Source: Eledone cirrhosa (Eukaryota). Taken from it: a stretch of 64,000 bases of DNA. Positions 47,460-59,744 of the stretch are shown one piece after another; the first letter of the stretch is position 1; each line of letters begins with the position of its first letter. The notes beneath the pieces are model-generated. The model did not search any database and was not told the origin of the DNA. It worked only from the letters and a program-made list of their open reading frames with translations. A program made the translations under genes and the position numbers. The DNA is taken from positions 4,278,001 through 4,342,000 of the forward strand of contig OZ024755.1 of the NCBI GenBank assembly GCA_964016885.1, given 5' to 3'.

Positions 47460-47745
47460 TAAAGCACAACTATGCTCCAGATTGATCATTCTTATTATTG
47501 ATATTTTTGAATGTTCTTATCAGGTCTCTACATTGAGTTTGGAACAGTAAAGTCCCTAAATCCACGTGTATATTAACCATTCGAAGGAAGCCTTCGAAGA
47601 ATGAGAAGAATGAAAATATTTATACTAGTGGCACGTGGAGTTAGGCACACTACTGTTCCAAACTAAGCATGAAGAACTGATGAGGAAATACGAAAAATCC
47701 TTAATAAAATTGATCAGATTGGAGCACAGCTGTGTTTTCAATATG
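47460..47745. mobile_element. Diverged inverted repeat; right arm resembles a Penelope ORF N-terminus
   Basis: 47460-47568 is the diverged reverse complement of 47632-47739. Translation LLFQTKHEELMRKYEKSLIKLIRLEHSCVFN resembles the PLE N-terminal RKxEK..KL...FN pattern. Confidence 0.45.
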
Positions 47746-49644
47746 GTTGAAAGAAATGCTGTTCCCTGCTTATACATATATGTATGTGTGTATATATATA
47801 TATGTGTGTGTGTGTATATAATATATGGTTTTAGTGAGACATCATGGAACTAATAGTTTCATAGTTTGCACTGTAATAGGTATATTATTTATGTATATAT
47901 TTCTTTTATATATACAAAAAGATCTGTCCCAACTGTAAAGCCTAATCCTCGACCACATTGATAGTGGTAAACTTCGTTGTTTACGGAAATTGACACGGCT
48001 GATGATTACTTTTTGCAGCTGGGGGAAACATCTTCGTCTATATATTAAAAAATACAAGTGTTCCTTTCAGTTCAAACTATGAAATTACCGAACCCATGTA
48101 TTAAATATATAACTTAAGTCTATGTTTACATAGAGAGCTCATTCTTCTGTAATACGAAATCACACTCAAGTAGGTAGGTAGGTATATATACATACATATA
48201 TATATATACATATTATAATATCCCTTTCAGACAGAAAAAGTCTATGAAGGTTTCATTCTCATGGATTATGATAAATAGATTTTAAAAAATTCTATTATTT
48301 TAAGATGAAGTTTAGAAAAAGTATTCCAAGAAACTTTCCCTAGAAATAACTGAAAGAAATAGTCTAAAATCTCATCTCCAAATTAAATTATGCCAAATGC
48401 ACCTTCACAAAATGCCTGATGACTCTAGCCTGTCACTGGTAAACATTTCACTGACGAACACTAAAGTATATCCAAGATATTAATTTCTAAATTTATGAAT
48501 AAAATTAGGAAGAAATATAGGTATCAGTTCAAAATTTGTCTGAAAACAATATTTACATAATTTTTAGAAGGAAGGGAAGAAGAAAATTGAAAGCAATAAA
48601 AAAAAAAAAATAAAAAAAAAATACCAATAATTTGGCAAATGCGAAAATATTTTCATTGAAATGCAGTCAAATTGTGAACAACCGAAATTAAATTGTCTAA
48701 GATATAGACAGGCTAGAATAGTGAAGTGTTAAATTCCATGAGGTTAAGATATTAACAAATTGGTGAATTCTGCTAATTCTTTTACAATGTCAAATGTTGG
48801 CTCTTTTACAAACAAGAAAACCATCATGAAATATAGACAATTTTATAAATTCTTGACAGCTGAAAGAAGTCGTTTTTTTTTTTGTTTTGTTTTTTTTTCC
48901 TCTTGAAGATTATATAAAATCAGTAATTTTGATTGTTTGAATTAACTTTTGCAAGCTATTTCAGGTCTATATTGTGTGACAGGTTTAGTGGGTATTCTTT
49001 AGAATACTTTCGCAACAAACTTTATTTCCTCAATTCACTAAATGAAAAAATTGTTCATTTGGGATAAAATCTTAAATACAAATTTTGAAATCCGAAATAA
49101 TTTCATTTCAAAATTGCTAATCAAAAGTTATTTTGTGCATAAATTTTACTTTTTAATTTTTTTTTTCTTTTTTTGCTTTAATAGTTCAAAGATTTTATTT
49201 TTTGTTGTTTTTTTTTTGTTTTGTTTTGTTTTCATAAAGAAAAATGTAATAGTTGTTAACAAGCATACGAGATGATTTTTGTCTTTAGAAGGCACATGAA
49301 ACCAAAAAGGCAGGTAAACATTAGCCATACCTTCACAGATACAATGGTAAACATTGTAAAGAGGCCAAATCTTAGTATTTCAAGAGTTTTATATACTAGC
49401 TCAGATGCAGGGAAGAAATTGGATTAAATACTATAGCTTTAAAAGGAGGAAAAGAAAATGGAAACAGACTTAATTTTAAGAGAAAAATAACAAAAATGTC
49501 AAAAATAAATAATGATATAAATTAAATATCATAAATAATATCTCTAAGGGTTCTGGAAACTGAATATAGAAAATGTACATAGCTTCCCTGCTGCTTCACT
49601 TAAGTTATATACCTAATTAGTTAATTGTAGGGAGTAACTAAGAG

Positions 49645-51480
49645 CTAAATACCTTCGTGAAAGAACTGTGTTGCAAGAATATCACCAGTGACAATAGTCT
49701 GGCACGATGCATCAATTTGCTTTGTACAGCAATTATTATTGTTACCATTAGTTTGTTCGTTGCTCAAATCAACATCAGCACCGTATTTATCAGCAGCTTG
49801 CCCATTTAACAAATCTCCATTCTCAAGTATTGTATTGTTACTCAGTCCATTCATCAAAGGTTCTTTTTCACCATTATGGCATCGTGTATCCCGTGGACTG
49901 TCTCCAAGAACAGACTGATTCATGTAATATCTCTCAGCTACCATAGAAGGATTCTGTGCATCACCACCAGCCTCATCACTTAAATCAAGATCATCTATGT
50001 CTTTCATACCTTCTAATTCCACAGATTTGAAATTCCAAACTGGCACTACACCGGCACCACTAGGCGCTGCATCAAAGAAAGCATACCTCAAGCCTCCAAC
50101 AGTAACTGGGGAATTGAGGATATTGTTGTCGTTCAAGTCGGGAATTACTTTCTTCAGTTCATCGTCTATGTTGCCGAGAGGAGTGCCAGGATCTCTGGAT
50201 CTACCATCTAAAGGCAAATGAAGCCTTTCAGCAAGACGGTCAATCATATCTTCAATAGATTCATTTTCCTTCCATACTCGAGTAGCACGCCACCTAGCTC
50301 GACTGCCTTTCGGAGCTGGGATAGCATCGAAGCAAACTGTTTCACCAACAGATAAAAGTCTATTCAAGTCATCTATGTGGCGGCCAAAGATACAACGGTC
50401 AATAAAAACATGTTCATGTCTTCCTAAATCAATGATACCCCAAAGTTTAGCAACATGATAAATCTTCCCTTTTCTGTTGGTAATCGTTGGTTTATTTGGA
50501 CATGCTGGTTTACTGCCTGTGATTACAACATTTAATCGAGTATTTTTAATAACTGACACCGTCTCATCCTCAGATATTGCAAAGATGTTTGAGTGCTGTC
50601 TCAAGAATTTTTCCAATTCAGTTTTACTCCATCCAATAGTGTTTCTCAGACTCTCTGGAGCTTGACTAAAATGGCCACTAAGACTGTTAAGCTTTATGTC
50701 ACCTTTTTTCTCAATAATATTTTTCAGAAACATAACAGCTTTGTATTCATTAGCAGTCATTGTCATAGGTCCAGATTTAGAACTCAATATGCCAGGTGAC
50801 TTCAGTGGCTTTGCATCCATTATATTTAAGCTGCGAGGTCTACTTTTTAATTTGGGTGTCATAGGCATAGAAAGCATACCAGGATCTCCTGCAAACTGTC
50901 TGCCGTCATCATCAGTCTGGTCTGATTCTGACTTTAAAGGACTGCAAGCCATGTTGTCCTTAAGACAAACAATATCTCCTTTCACTTCAAAAATTAAAGG
51001 ATGTTTATGCAACCAGTCTTCAAATTCATTCTGTGGACCAACACACTCACGGATTTCTGCAGAAGCCTGAGACAGATGACCAGCTAGACTTTTAGTAGCC
51101 ATCCATTTTTCGCCCTTTTTAAGAAATTTGCTACGAAAATATTGAACAGCTTCTGTTTCAATGGATACTTCAGGAAGACTGAAACTTGAGGAAGATGATG
51201 CAGGACTACTATCACGAACATTGTTATTTACTGAACTACTCCAACAGGTGCCGTCTGTTAAACACACAAGATTACCATTAACAGTGAAAAGAGAAGGATA
51301 TTTAAGCAGGAATTTTTTTAAACCAGCCTCATTACCACCTGCAGCATGCCGCATTTCAGATGTAAAATTTCGACTGCCGAAGCGACCAGCTAACTGGCTA
51401 ATACTGAGTGGTGAAGGACTATGGTTCATCAACACCTCAAGGAAATATAACATAGCTTTATGACCTGGATCCTCCGCCAT
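49645..51480 (-). CDS. Egalitarian/LIN-66-like protein: 3 Egl-type winged-helix repeats, cold-shock/OB-like fold and C-terminal dynein light chain (LC8) motif; 611 aa, single coding exon
   Basis: N-terminal LYFLEVL..QLAGRFGSRNFTSEMRHAAGGNEAGLKKFLLKYPSLF resembles Drosophila Egl as recalled (LFFLERL..FTKEMRQIAGGSQSGLKKFLAQYPAIF). The repeats share L.GH.SQA..L..H..IF. GKIYHVAKLWGIIDLGRHEHVF..VGETVCF..WRATRV is CSD-like. C-terminal DASCQTIVTGDILAT. Splice acceptor tttttctag ends at 51539. Confidence 0.85.
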   Translation of the reverse strand: MAEDPGHKAMLYFLEVLMNHSPSPLSISQLAGRFGSRNFTSEMRHAAGGNEAGLKKFLLKYPSLFTVNGNLVCLTDGTCWSSSVNNNVRDSSPASSSSSFSLPEVSIETEAVQYFRSKFLKKGEKWMATKSLAGHLSQASAEIRECVGPQNEFEDWLHKHPLIFEVKGDIVCLKDNMACSPLKSESDQTDDDGRQFAGDPGMLSMPMTPKLKSRPRSLNIMDAKPLKSPGILSSKSGPMTMTANEYKAVMFLKNIIEKKGDIKLNSLSGHFSQAPESLRNTIGWSKTELEKFLRQHSNIFAISEDETVSVIKNTRLNVVITGSKPACPNKPTITNRKGKIYHVAKLWGIIDLGRHEHVFIDRCIFGRHIDDLNRLLSVGETVCFDAIPAPKGSRARWRATRVWKENESIEDMIDRLAERLHLPLDGRSRDPGTPLGNIDDELKKVIPDLNDNNILNSPVTVGGLRYAFFDAAPSGAGVVPVWNFKSVELEGMKDIDDLDLSDEAGGDAQNPSMVAERYYMNQSVLGDSPRDTRCHNGEKEPLMNGLSNNTILENGDLLNGQAADKYGADVDLSNEQTNGNNNNCCTKQIDASCQTIVTGDILATQFFHEGI

Positions 51481-51842
51481 TATTTTAGGTTGGTAACAGC
51501 CAAATGAGGAATCAAGATAAATGTCTTGAAAAGAATCCCTAGAAAAATAAAAAATAAAAATAAATTTAAACTTGAAGCATTAAAAAAAAAAACAGATCAC
51601 ATTTTAAGATATTGGAAATATAACTTATTTCTACAGATCTATTTTAAGATATTGGAAATATCTTAAAGCTAACCATGGCTGGATTTGAACTTAGAATGTA
51701 AAAGGACATAACTACGCAATAAAGCATATTGTCCAACGCTCTACTGATTACTGCTAATTAAAAGCAGATATATTATGATGCTATTAATTCTATACATCTT
51801 CAAAAATCCTCTATTAAGAAAAAGTCATAATTAATGACAGTA

Positions 51843-54800
51843 TTGTGAAGGTACATGGCTGGGTGGTTAGAGAATTGTGAAGGTGCATGGCTGGGTGGTT
51901 AGAGAATTGTGAAGGTGCATGGCTGGGTGGTTAGAGAATTGTGAAGGTGCATGGCTGGGTGGTTAGAGAATTGTGAAGGTGCATGGCTGGGTGGTTAGAG
52001 AATTGTGAAGGCACGGGGCTGGGTGGTTAGAGAATTGTGAAGGTGCATGGCTGGGTGGTTAGAGAATTGTGAAGGTGCATGGCTGGGTGGTTAGAGAATT
52101 GTGAAGGCACAGGGCTGAGTGGTTAGAGAATTGTGAAGGCACGGGGCTGGGTGGTTAGAGAATTGTGAAGGCACGGGGCTGGGTGGTTAGAGAATTGTGA
52201 AGGCACGGGGCTGAGTGGTTAGAGAATTGTGAAGGCACGGGGCTGAGTGGTTAGAGAATTGTGAAGGCACATGGCTGGGTGGTTAGAGAATTGTGAAGGC
52301 ACATGGCTGGGTGGTTAGAGAATTGTGAAGGCACGGGGCTGGGTGGTTAGAGAATTGTGAAGGCACGGGGCTGGGTGGTTAGAGAATTGTGAAGGCACAT
52401 GGCTGGGTGGTTAGAGAATTGTGAAGGCACATGGCTGGGTGGTTAGAGAATTGTGAAGGCACGGGGCTGGGTGGTTAGAGAATTGTGAAGGCATGTGGCT
52501 GGGTGGTTAGAGAATTGTGAAGGCATGTGGCTGGGTGGTTAGAGAATTGTGAAGGCACGGGGCTGGGTGGTTAGAGAATTGTGAAGGCACGGGGCTGGGT
52601 GGTTAGAGAATTGTGAAGGCACGGGGCTGGGTGGTTAGAGAATTGTGAAGGCATGTGGCTGGGTGGTTAGAGAATTGTGAAGGTGCATGGCTGGGTGGTT
52701 AGAGAATTGTGAAGGCACGGGGCTGGGTGGTTAGAGAATTGTGAAGGCACGGGGCTGGGTGGTTAGAGAATTGTGAAGGCATGTGGCTGGGTGGTTAGAG
52801 AATTGTGATGGTGCATGGCTGAGTGGTTAGAGAATTGTGAAGGTGCATGGCTGGGTGGTTAGAGAATTGTGAAGGCATGTGGCTGGGTGGTTAGAGAATT
52901 GTGAAGGCACGGGGCTGGGTGGTTAGAGAATTGTGAAGGCACGGGGCTGGGTGGTTAGAGAATTGTGAAGGCATGTGGCTGGGTGGTTAGAGAATTGTGA
53001 AGGTGCATGGCTGAGTGGTTTGAGAATTGTGAAGGTGCATGGCTGGGTGGTTAGAGAATTGTGAAGGCATGTGGCTGGGTGGTTAGAGAATTGTGAAGGC
53101 ACGGGGCTGGGTGGTTAGAGAATTGTGAAGGCACGGGGCTGGGTGGTTAGAGAATTGTGAAGGCATGTGGCTGGGTGGTTAGAGAATTATGAAGGTGCAT
53201 GGCTGGGTGGTTAGAGAATTGTGAAGGCACGGGGCTGGGTGGTTAGAGAATTGTGAAGGCACGTGGCTGGGTGGTTAGAGAATTGTGAAGGTGCATGGCT
53301 GAGTGGTTAGAGAATTGTGAAGGTGCATGGCTGGGTGGTTAGAGAATTGTGAAGGCATGTGGCTGGGTGGTTAGAGAATTGTGAAGGCACGGGGCTGGGT
53401 GGTTAGAGAATTGTGAAGGTGCATGGCTGGGTGGTTAGAGAATTGTGAAGGTGCATGGCTGGGTGGTTAGAGAATTGTGAAGGCATGTGGCTGGGTGGTT
53501 AGAGAATTGTGAAGGCACGGGGCTGGGTGGTTAGAGAATTGTGAAGGCACGGGGCTGGGTGGTTAGAGAATTGTGAAGGCACGGGGCTGGGTGGTTAGAG
53601 AATTGTGAAGGCATGTGGCTGGGTGGTTAGAGAATTGTGAAGGCACGGGGCTGAGTGGTTAGAGAATTGTTAAGGCACGGGGCTGAGTGGTTAGAGAATT
53701 GTGAAGGTGCATGGCTGGGTGGTTAGAGAATTGTGAAGGCATGTGGCTGGGTGGTTAGAGAATTGTGAAGGCACATGGCTGGGTGGTTAGAGAATTGTGA
53801 AGGCACATGGCTGGGTGGTTAGAGAATTGTGAAGGCACAGGGCTGAGTGGTTAGAGAATTGTGAAGGTGCATGGCTGGGTGGTTAGCGAATTGTGAAGGC
53901 ACGGGGCTGAGTGGTTAGAGAATTGTGAAGGCATGTGGCTGAGTGGTTAGAGAATTGTGAAGGCACGAGGTTGGGTGGTTAGAGAATTGTGAAGGCACGG
54001 GGTTGGGTGGTTAGAGAATTGTGAAGGCACGGCGCTGGGTGGTTAGAGAATTGTGAAGGCACGGGGCTGAGTGGTTAGAGAATTGTGAAGGCACGTGGCT
54101 GGGTGGTTAGAGAATTGTGAAGGCACGGGGCTGGGTGGTTAGAGAATTGTGAAGGCACGTGGCTGGGTGGTTAGAGAATTGTGAAGGCACATGGCTGGGT
54201 GGTTAGAGAATTGTGAAGGCACGGGGCTGAGTGGTTAGAGAATTGTGAAGGCACGGGGCTGAGTGGTTAGAGAATTGTGAAGGCACATGGCTGGGTGGTT
54301 AGAGAATTGTGAAGGCACGGGGCTGAGTGGTTAGAGAATTGTGAAGGTGCATGGCTGGGTGGTTAGAGAATTGTGAAGGCATGTGGCTGGGTGGTTAGAG
54401 AATTGTGAAGGTGCATGGCTGGGTGGTTAGAGAATTGTGAAGGTGCATGGCTGGGTGGTTAGAGAATTGTGAAGGTGCATGGCTGGGTGGTTAGAGAATT
54501 GTGAAGGCATGTGGCTGGGTGGTTAGAGAATTGTGAAGGCACGGGGCTGGGTGGTTAGAGAATTGTGAAGGCACGGGGCTGGGTGGTTAGAGAATTGTGA
54601 AGGCATGGGGCTGGGTGGTTAGAGAATTGTGAAGGCATGTGGCTGGGTGGTTAGAGAATTGTGAAGGTGCATGGCTGGGTGGTTAGAGAATTGTGAAGGC
54701 ATGTGGCTGGGTGGTTAGAGAATTGTGAAGGCACGGGGCTGGGTGGTTAGAGAATTGTGAAGGCACGGGGCTGGGTGGTTAGTGAATTGTGAAGGCATGT

Positions 54801-55169
54801 GGCTGAGTGGTAGAGAATTGTGAAGGCACGGGGCTGGGTGGTTAGAGAATTGTGAAGGCATGTGGCTGAGTGGTTAGAGAATTGTGAAGGCATGTGGCTG
54901 AGTGGTTAGAGAATTGTGAAGGCACAGGGCTGGGTGGTTAGAGAATTGTGAAGGCATGTGGCTGGGTGGTTAGAGAATTGTGAAGGCATGTGGCTGGGTG
55001 GTTAGAGAATTGTGAAGGCATGTGGCTGGGTGGTTAGAGAATTGTGAAGGCACATGGCTGGGTGGTTAGAGAATTGTGAAGGCATGTGGTTGAGTGGTTA
55101 GAGAATTGTGAAGGTACGGGGCTGAGTGGTTAGAGAATTGTGAAGGCACGAGGCTGAGTGGTTAGAGAA
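51843..55169 (+). repeat. 32-bp satellite, 104 copies, derived from a SINE 5' head (Pol III A-box)
   Basis: Unit ttgtgaagg[cacgg/tgcat/catgt/cacat]ggctg[g/a]gtggttagagaa. First start 51843, last 55138 (103x32-1). Confidence 0.95.
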
Positions 55170-55380
55170 TTGGATTCACAATCGTGAGGTTGTGAGTTCG
55201 ATTCCTGGACTGGGCGATGCGTTATGTCCTTCAGCAAGACACTTTATTTCACTTTGCTCCTTCTACCTGGATTTACAACCGATAGATAGTATTAGCAATT
55301 GGAAAGACCAACAGAAACATTGTTTCCTCAGTCCAACTTGACAAGCTCCACCCCACTTAGTAGGTAAATGAGGTCTGGGA
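55138..55380 (+). mobile_element. tRNA-derived SINE (family 2), full length, continuous with the last satellite unit
   Basis: A-box ggctgagtggttagag, B-box GAGTTCGATTCC (55195-55206), then gtccttcagcaagacactttatttcac. Confidence 0.8.
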
Positions 55381-55788
55381 ACTTGTCCATTGACTGTCAA
55401 CATCTATTTAGATATTCTATATTTAAGACGAGCTTTGAAGTTAGGTGATGAAATGACTATAGCTAAAACAAAGGTTTATTCATACAATAAAACAAAAAGT
55501 CGAAAACAATAAAAATAAACGAGTTAGCTCAGTTTTATGTAGGCCATGAGAATATGAACCAATACCAGTTTTGCTGTTATTACAACTTATATGAAAAATA
55601 AATGTAACTATGAGATTATTGTACTGACATAAATTATATTTTCTTTTACTGGGGAACAGCTTTCAAAGGTTTTAGTCAATTAGATCGAATTCCATTATTT
55701 AGTCTGACACATTTCATCAACTCAGTTTACCTTAAAGAAATTACTTCTCAAGTAAATGCTACAAGCTATTTACACTGGTGTGTATGTG

Positions 55789-55834
<46 letters not shown>

Positions 55835-56094
55835 TACATACATACATATACACACATATATACATATACACACATATATACATATACACACATATATACA
55901 TATACACACATATATACATATACACACATGCGATATATCTAAACAGATTTTGGGCCTCCGTCGCTCTCAACGGAAAATGTCCCAGTTTATTGGACCAATG
56001 GTACAGCGTGTTTGTGAAATTAACATGTAAGTGGCTGAGCATTCCACGGACACGTTTAAACTAAACGTAGTTCCAGTGTGATGCAGACCGTTCT

Positions 56095-56233
56095 TTCAAC
56101 TGATATTTGCCAACGGAGTGGACTGGAGCCAAGTTAAATAAAATGCCATGCGAACACAACGCCCTGCCGAGAATCGAACTCCCTACCTAACCGTCATCAG
56201 CCGAAAACTTAACCACTGAGCTAGGCACCTTCA
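56095..56233 (-). mobile_element. Related tRNA-derived SINE
   Basis: Minus strand: gtgaaggtgcctagctcagtggttaa..gagttcgattctcggcagggcg, the same head as the satellite unit. Confidence 0.6.
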
Positions 56234-56496
56234 CATTTACACTCGTATATCTCCACAAACAGCTATACACATGAATGAAACCAGTAAACGAATACACATA
56301 CATACACACACGTGTATACATATATATACACACATATATAGCATTGTGTATATGATCTAAAATATGTAGTGTATACATGCGTATCCATCCTAAAATATTG
56401 CTTCAAAGTGTCCGACTTATACGTATGGAGACATACACACACATTGTATGTATATGCATATCAGCTTTAGCAAGGGAATGATCTTAAAACGCTTGC

Positions 56497-56533
<37 letters not shown>

Positions 56534-57691
56534 TACAACCATACTTATATACACATTTACATACATACATACATACATACATAAGTATGTGAAGGCGAGT
56601 AGGTCTTTGGCCCAGAATCGGCGCTTTAGAAAAACTATTACCAGCTTACTCCAACAATACAAACATACATGTATAACATATATATGACAAGTTCTTTCCA
56701 CTTAGATTGTCTGGCACTTCTTTAACTAACTAAACCCCAGCCGATATGGTAAAGAGAAAGTCATATGAATGGATAACATTTTGGGTGACAACGATGAGAG
56801 TTCTATTGTGTTCGGACCTGGTGTATACGTATATATTTATCTAACACACCACATTAACTGTATATTTGAAGGAAACAACAGCTATATATGTTTACTAACA
56901 ACACTTCTGATTAACAGTAAGGATGAGAGTTGGTAGCTGGACACATAAGATGAAGGAAGATACAGAGTAATTAGAGAAGGCCTGAAGTTTAAACCACCCC
57001 CATGAAATTGACAAGTGATAAAGACGTGCAGAGATATATAGCAACACTTACAATACAGCACAGAAAATAGTTGACTAAATTAGACAAAAAATAAAGTTAA
57101 ATAAAATAAAAACGATGGTAGTTTCTTCAAGAACCATTACACTGAAGTCTACTAGTAAGGTTGGTAAAATAATTGAGTAGTTTGTAGAAGCAAATGACAT
57201 CGAACTATAATAATAAGCCATGTGTTCAAACTTAAAAAATATAACATCTTTATATTTAAATCATTTGTCTACTTTCCTCTAAGATAGAAACAAAATAGTT
57301 GGTCATTGAAAGTGAAATAACTGACTTGAATATCGTCATTTTTCAAACTGTCTTGCATTAAAAAAATAAAGAACTTATTTTTACAACAACAACAAAAATA
57401 AAGCTAGTTAAACTACATTAGTAATAGAAAAAAAAAAGTTTGCTAAACAACAAAAGTTCAACTGTAATCACAATAGGTCTCAAAATAATGGTTTGGTAAA
57501 GTCTAGCAAAGGCATAGAAAATAAAAATAAGAAAATGCCATGTTAAAATTGATTTAGTATGAATAATGAGAAAGGATTATGAAAATATTATTTTGGCATG
57601 GAGAATTCAAGAATATAAAAAATAAAATATCAGTTGACGGTCTCATTAGCCTATCAAGTAGTGTCAAGAGCAAAGTTATATATATGTATAA

Positions 57692-57790
57692 AAGGTGTCC
57701 CCAAAAAATGTATACACACTTTGATTACCTGTACAGGTAATATTTATTAGAATGCTGTTGAAGTGTGTATACATTTTTGGGGACACCCTG
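57692..57790. mobile_element. Tc1/mariner-type palindromic MITE (~100 bp)
   Basis: TIR ggtgtccccaaaaaatgtatacacactt / aagtgtgtatacatttttggggacaccctg. Further copies at 61405-61502 and 62758-62832. Confidence 0.7.
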
Positions 57791-59487
57791 AATGTATATA
57801 TATATAAACACACCCGTATATACTTATACACACACATTATATATATATCAATTATATATATATATAAATATATATATATATAGTTATTTTAATGTCCACC
57901 GTTCTTTTAGTATACCAATATACAATACCCAGTAAGCCACCTCTGTCTACTCTCTTATATTTAAGCGAGTTATTTTTATCAAATATTCATGCTACTAGTA
58001 TATTTCTATCGTCCACATTTTCTGCACTATTTATATACGTATATATATAGTATATTCTTGTCATTCAGACACATGGTATGCAGTCAATGAAATTATCTTC
58101 AAGATTTCCTTATAATATTCACTACACCCCCTTTTTTTCTAGTACCTACAATGATCTACTTATACCGTGTCTCATAACTACAAAATGAATGAGCACAGTT
58201 TTACTACCAAATAGTTCCCCTAATTTTAACAATATTACCAAAGTGTTGGAAGAAAAGCAACAAATTCGTTCTAATACAGATTTTAGTTTGCCACAAGGAC
58301 AACAAACTAAGTATTCCATGTAAATAATAGCTTGCATTTTTGATGAAAAGAAATCCAACCTGTCGCTTAAATAATAAAAGACAGTTAACTATTAAATGAC
58401 TAACCTCAGGCTAAATGACCTCCAGCACAAGTCATTTAGTTGGATACTTTAGGACTTGTGAGAAAACTTGTTTACTGAACTAGCAATGAAAACCAATTCA
58501 CAACACTAGGATAATTGTTTATGGAAAAAGTAGATATTTTTTTGAATTTCAGGAAAACAACCTGTACACTACCCTCCCTCTTTACAAAATGATGAAGTTT
58601 AGTTATTACTACCAAAATATGACTACAGAAGAAAAAAAATACATTATCAATGTTTATTAAAACTAAAATTAACTATTACAATTAGAGATTGTCCATATAA
58701 CAAATTAAGCTTCAATAATCTTTAAATATTTGAAGTTTTAATTAAAGATTTCGTTAATACATTAAATGTTGTAATAAGAAGTAGATTTTTTTAAACTATA
58801 TAATTTCTGAGAGAATACATTTTTATATAATGATCTAGATACAAACAAATGTACAATATAAAAACCTTACACCAAATATGTTTAGTTGTGTACAGATATT
58901 TGAATTTTGTTGTGTCTATTATTGTTGTTACTGTTGCTCAAAAGCCGTTTCTTATAATAGTATTTAGGAAACTAATCTTCTTCTCAGCGGACCTCCCCAA
59001 TCTATTTTCAAACGAAAACATCACAGACTCAAGGTAAGAAGAAGATATTATTAGTTCTTAGACAAACAAAACATTAACTGATAAAGGATCTCAATTAGTA
59101 CTCCCGGTTAATTTGGATCTTAATTTTCAAATACTTAAGACTTAGGACGCTATAAAACTAGGGTTGCTTTTATATATATACATATTTAAATATTCATTTT
59201 ATTAAGGCTACATAAATAGTGAGTCTTGTTACTCTGGAGACAAGATGACTTATTGATAAACAGGAGAAACTCCAGAGAAACAAGACCCACTATTTAGCCT
59301 TTAATAAAATGAATATTAAAACTCCTCTTCCGTGTTGAGTACTCTTTTCTCTCAGCCATATATATATATATATATAAATATATACATGTATAAATATTTT
59401 TGATTCTATTGTTTTAATATTCGGTAAAGAAACGGAAAGAGAAGATAGAAAATGTAGAAACGCAAAGGAAGACTGAGCCATTTTTTC

Positions 59488-59568
<81 letters not shown>

Positions 59569-59744
59569 CTAAAGAATTGAAAACTTACGTTGGATTCCAA
59601 TAACACAAGAGAACCTAATCGATAAAGCAAAAGTTCGATTACCTCAAAAAAACAGAAAAAAAAAGCGAAGAGACTAATTCGGGATTTTAGTCTTCAATAA
59701 ACAGCGTGTAGAAGAAACGTCGGGTTAAGAAAATGGTGCTGCAA

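Noticed and set aside
47677-47700. CTGATGAGGAAATACGAAA hammerhead-like core
   Set aside because: No stem I or stem III; more simply explained as codons LMRKYEK of a PLE-like N-terminus.
49688-51463. Several + strand ORFs
   Set aside because: Antisense shadows of the 611-aa CDS.
51843-55169. CRISPR-like regular array
   Set aside because: Head-to-tail 32-bp units with no unique spacers, no cas genes and a eukaryotic context.
55138-55215. tRNA gene
   Set aside because: A and B boxes are present but no complete cloverleaf is evident, and it continues into a repeated SINE body.
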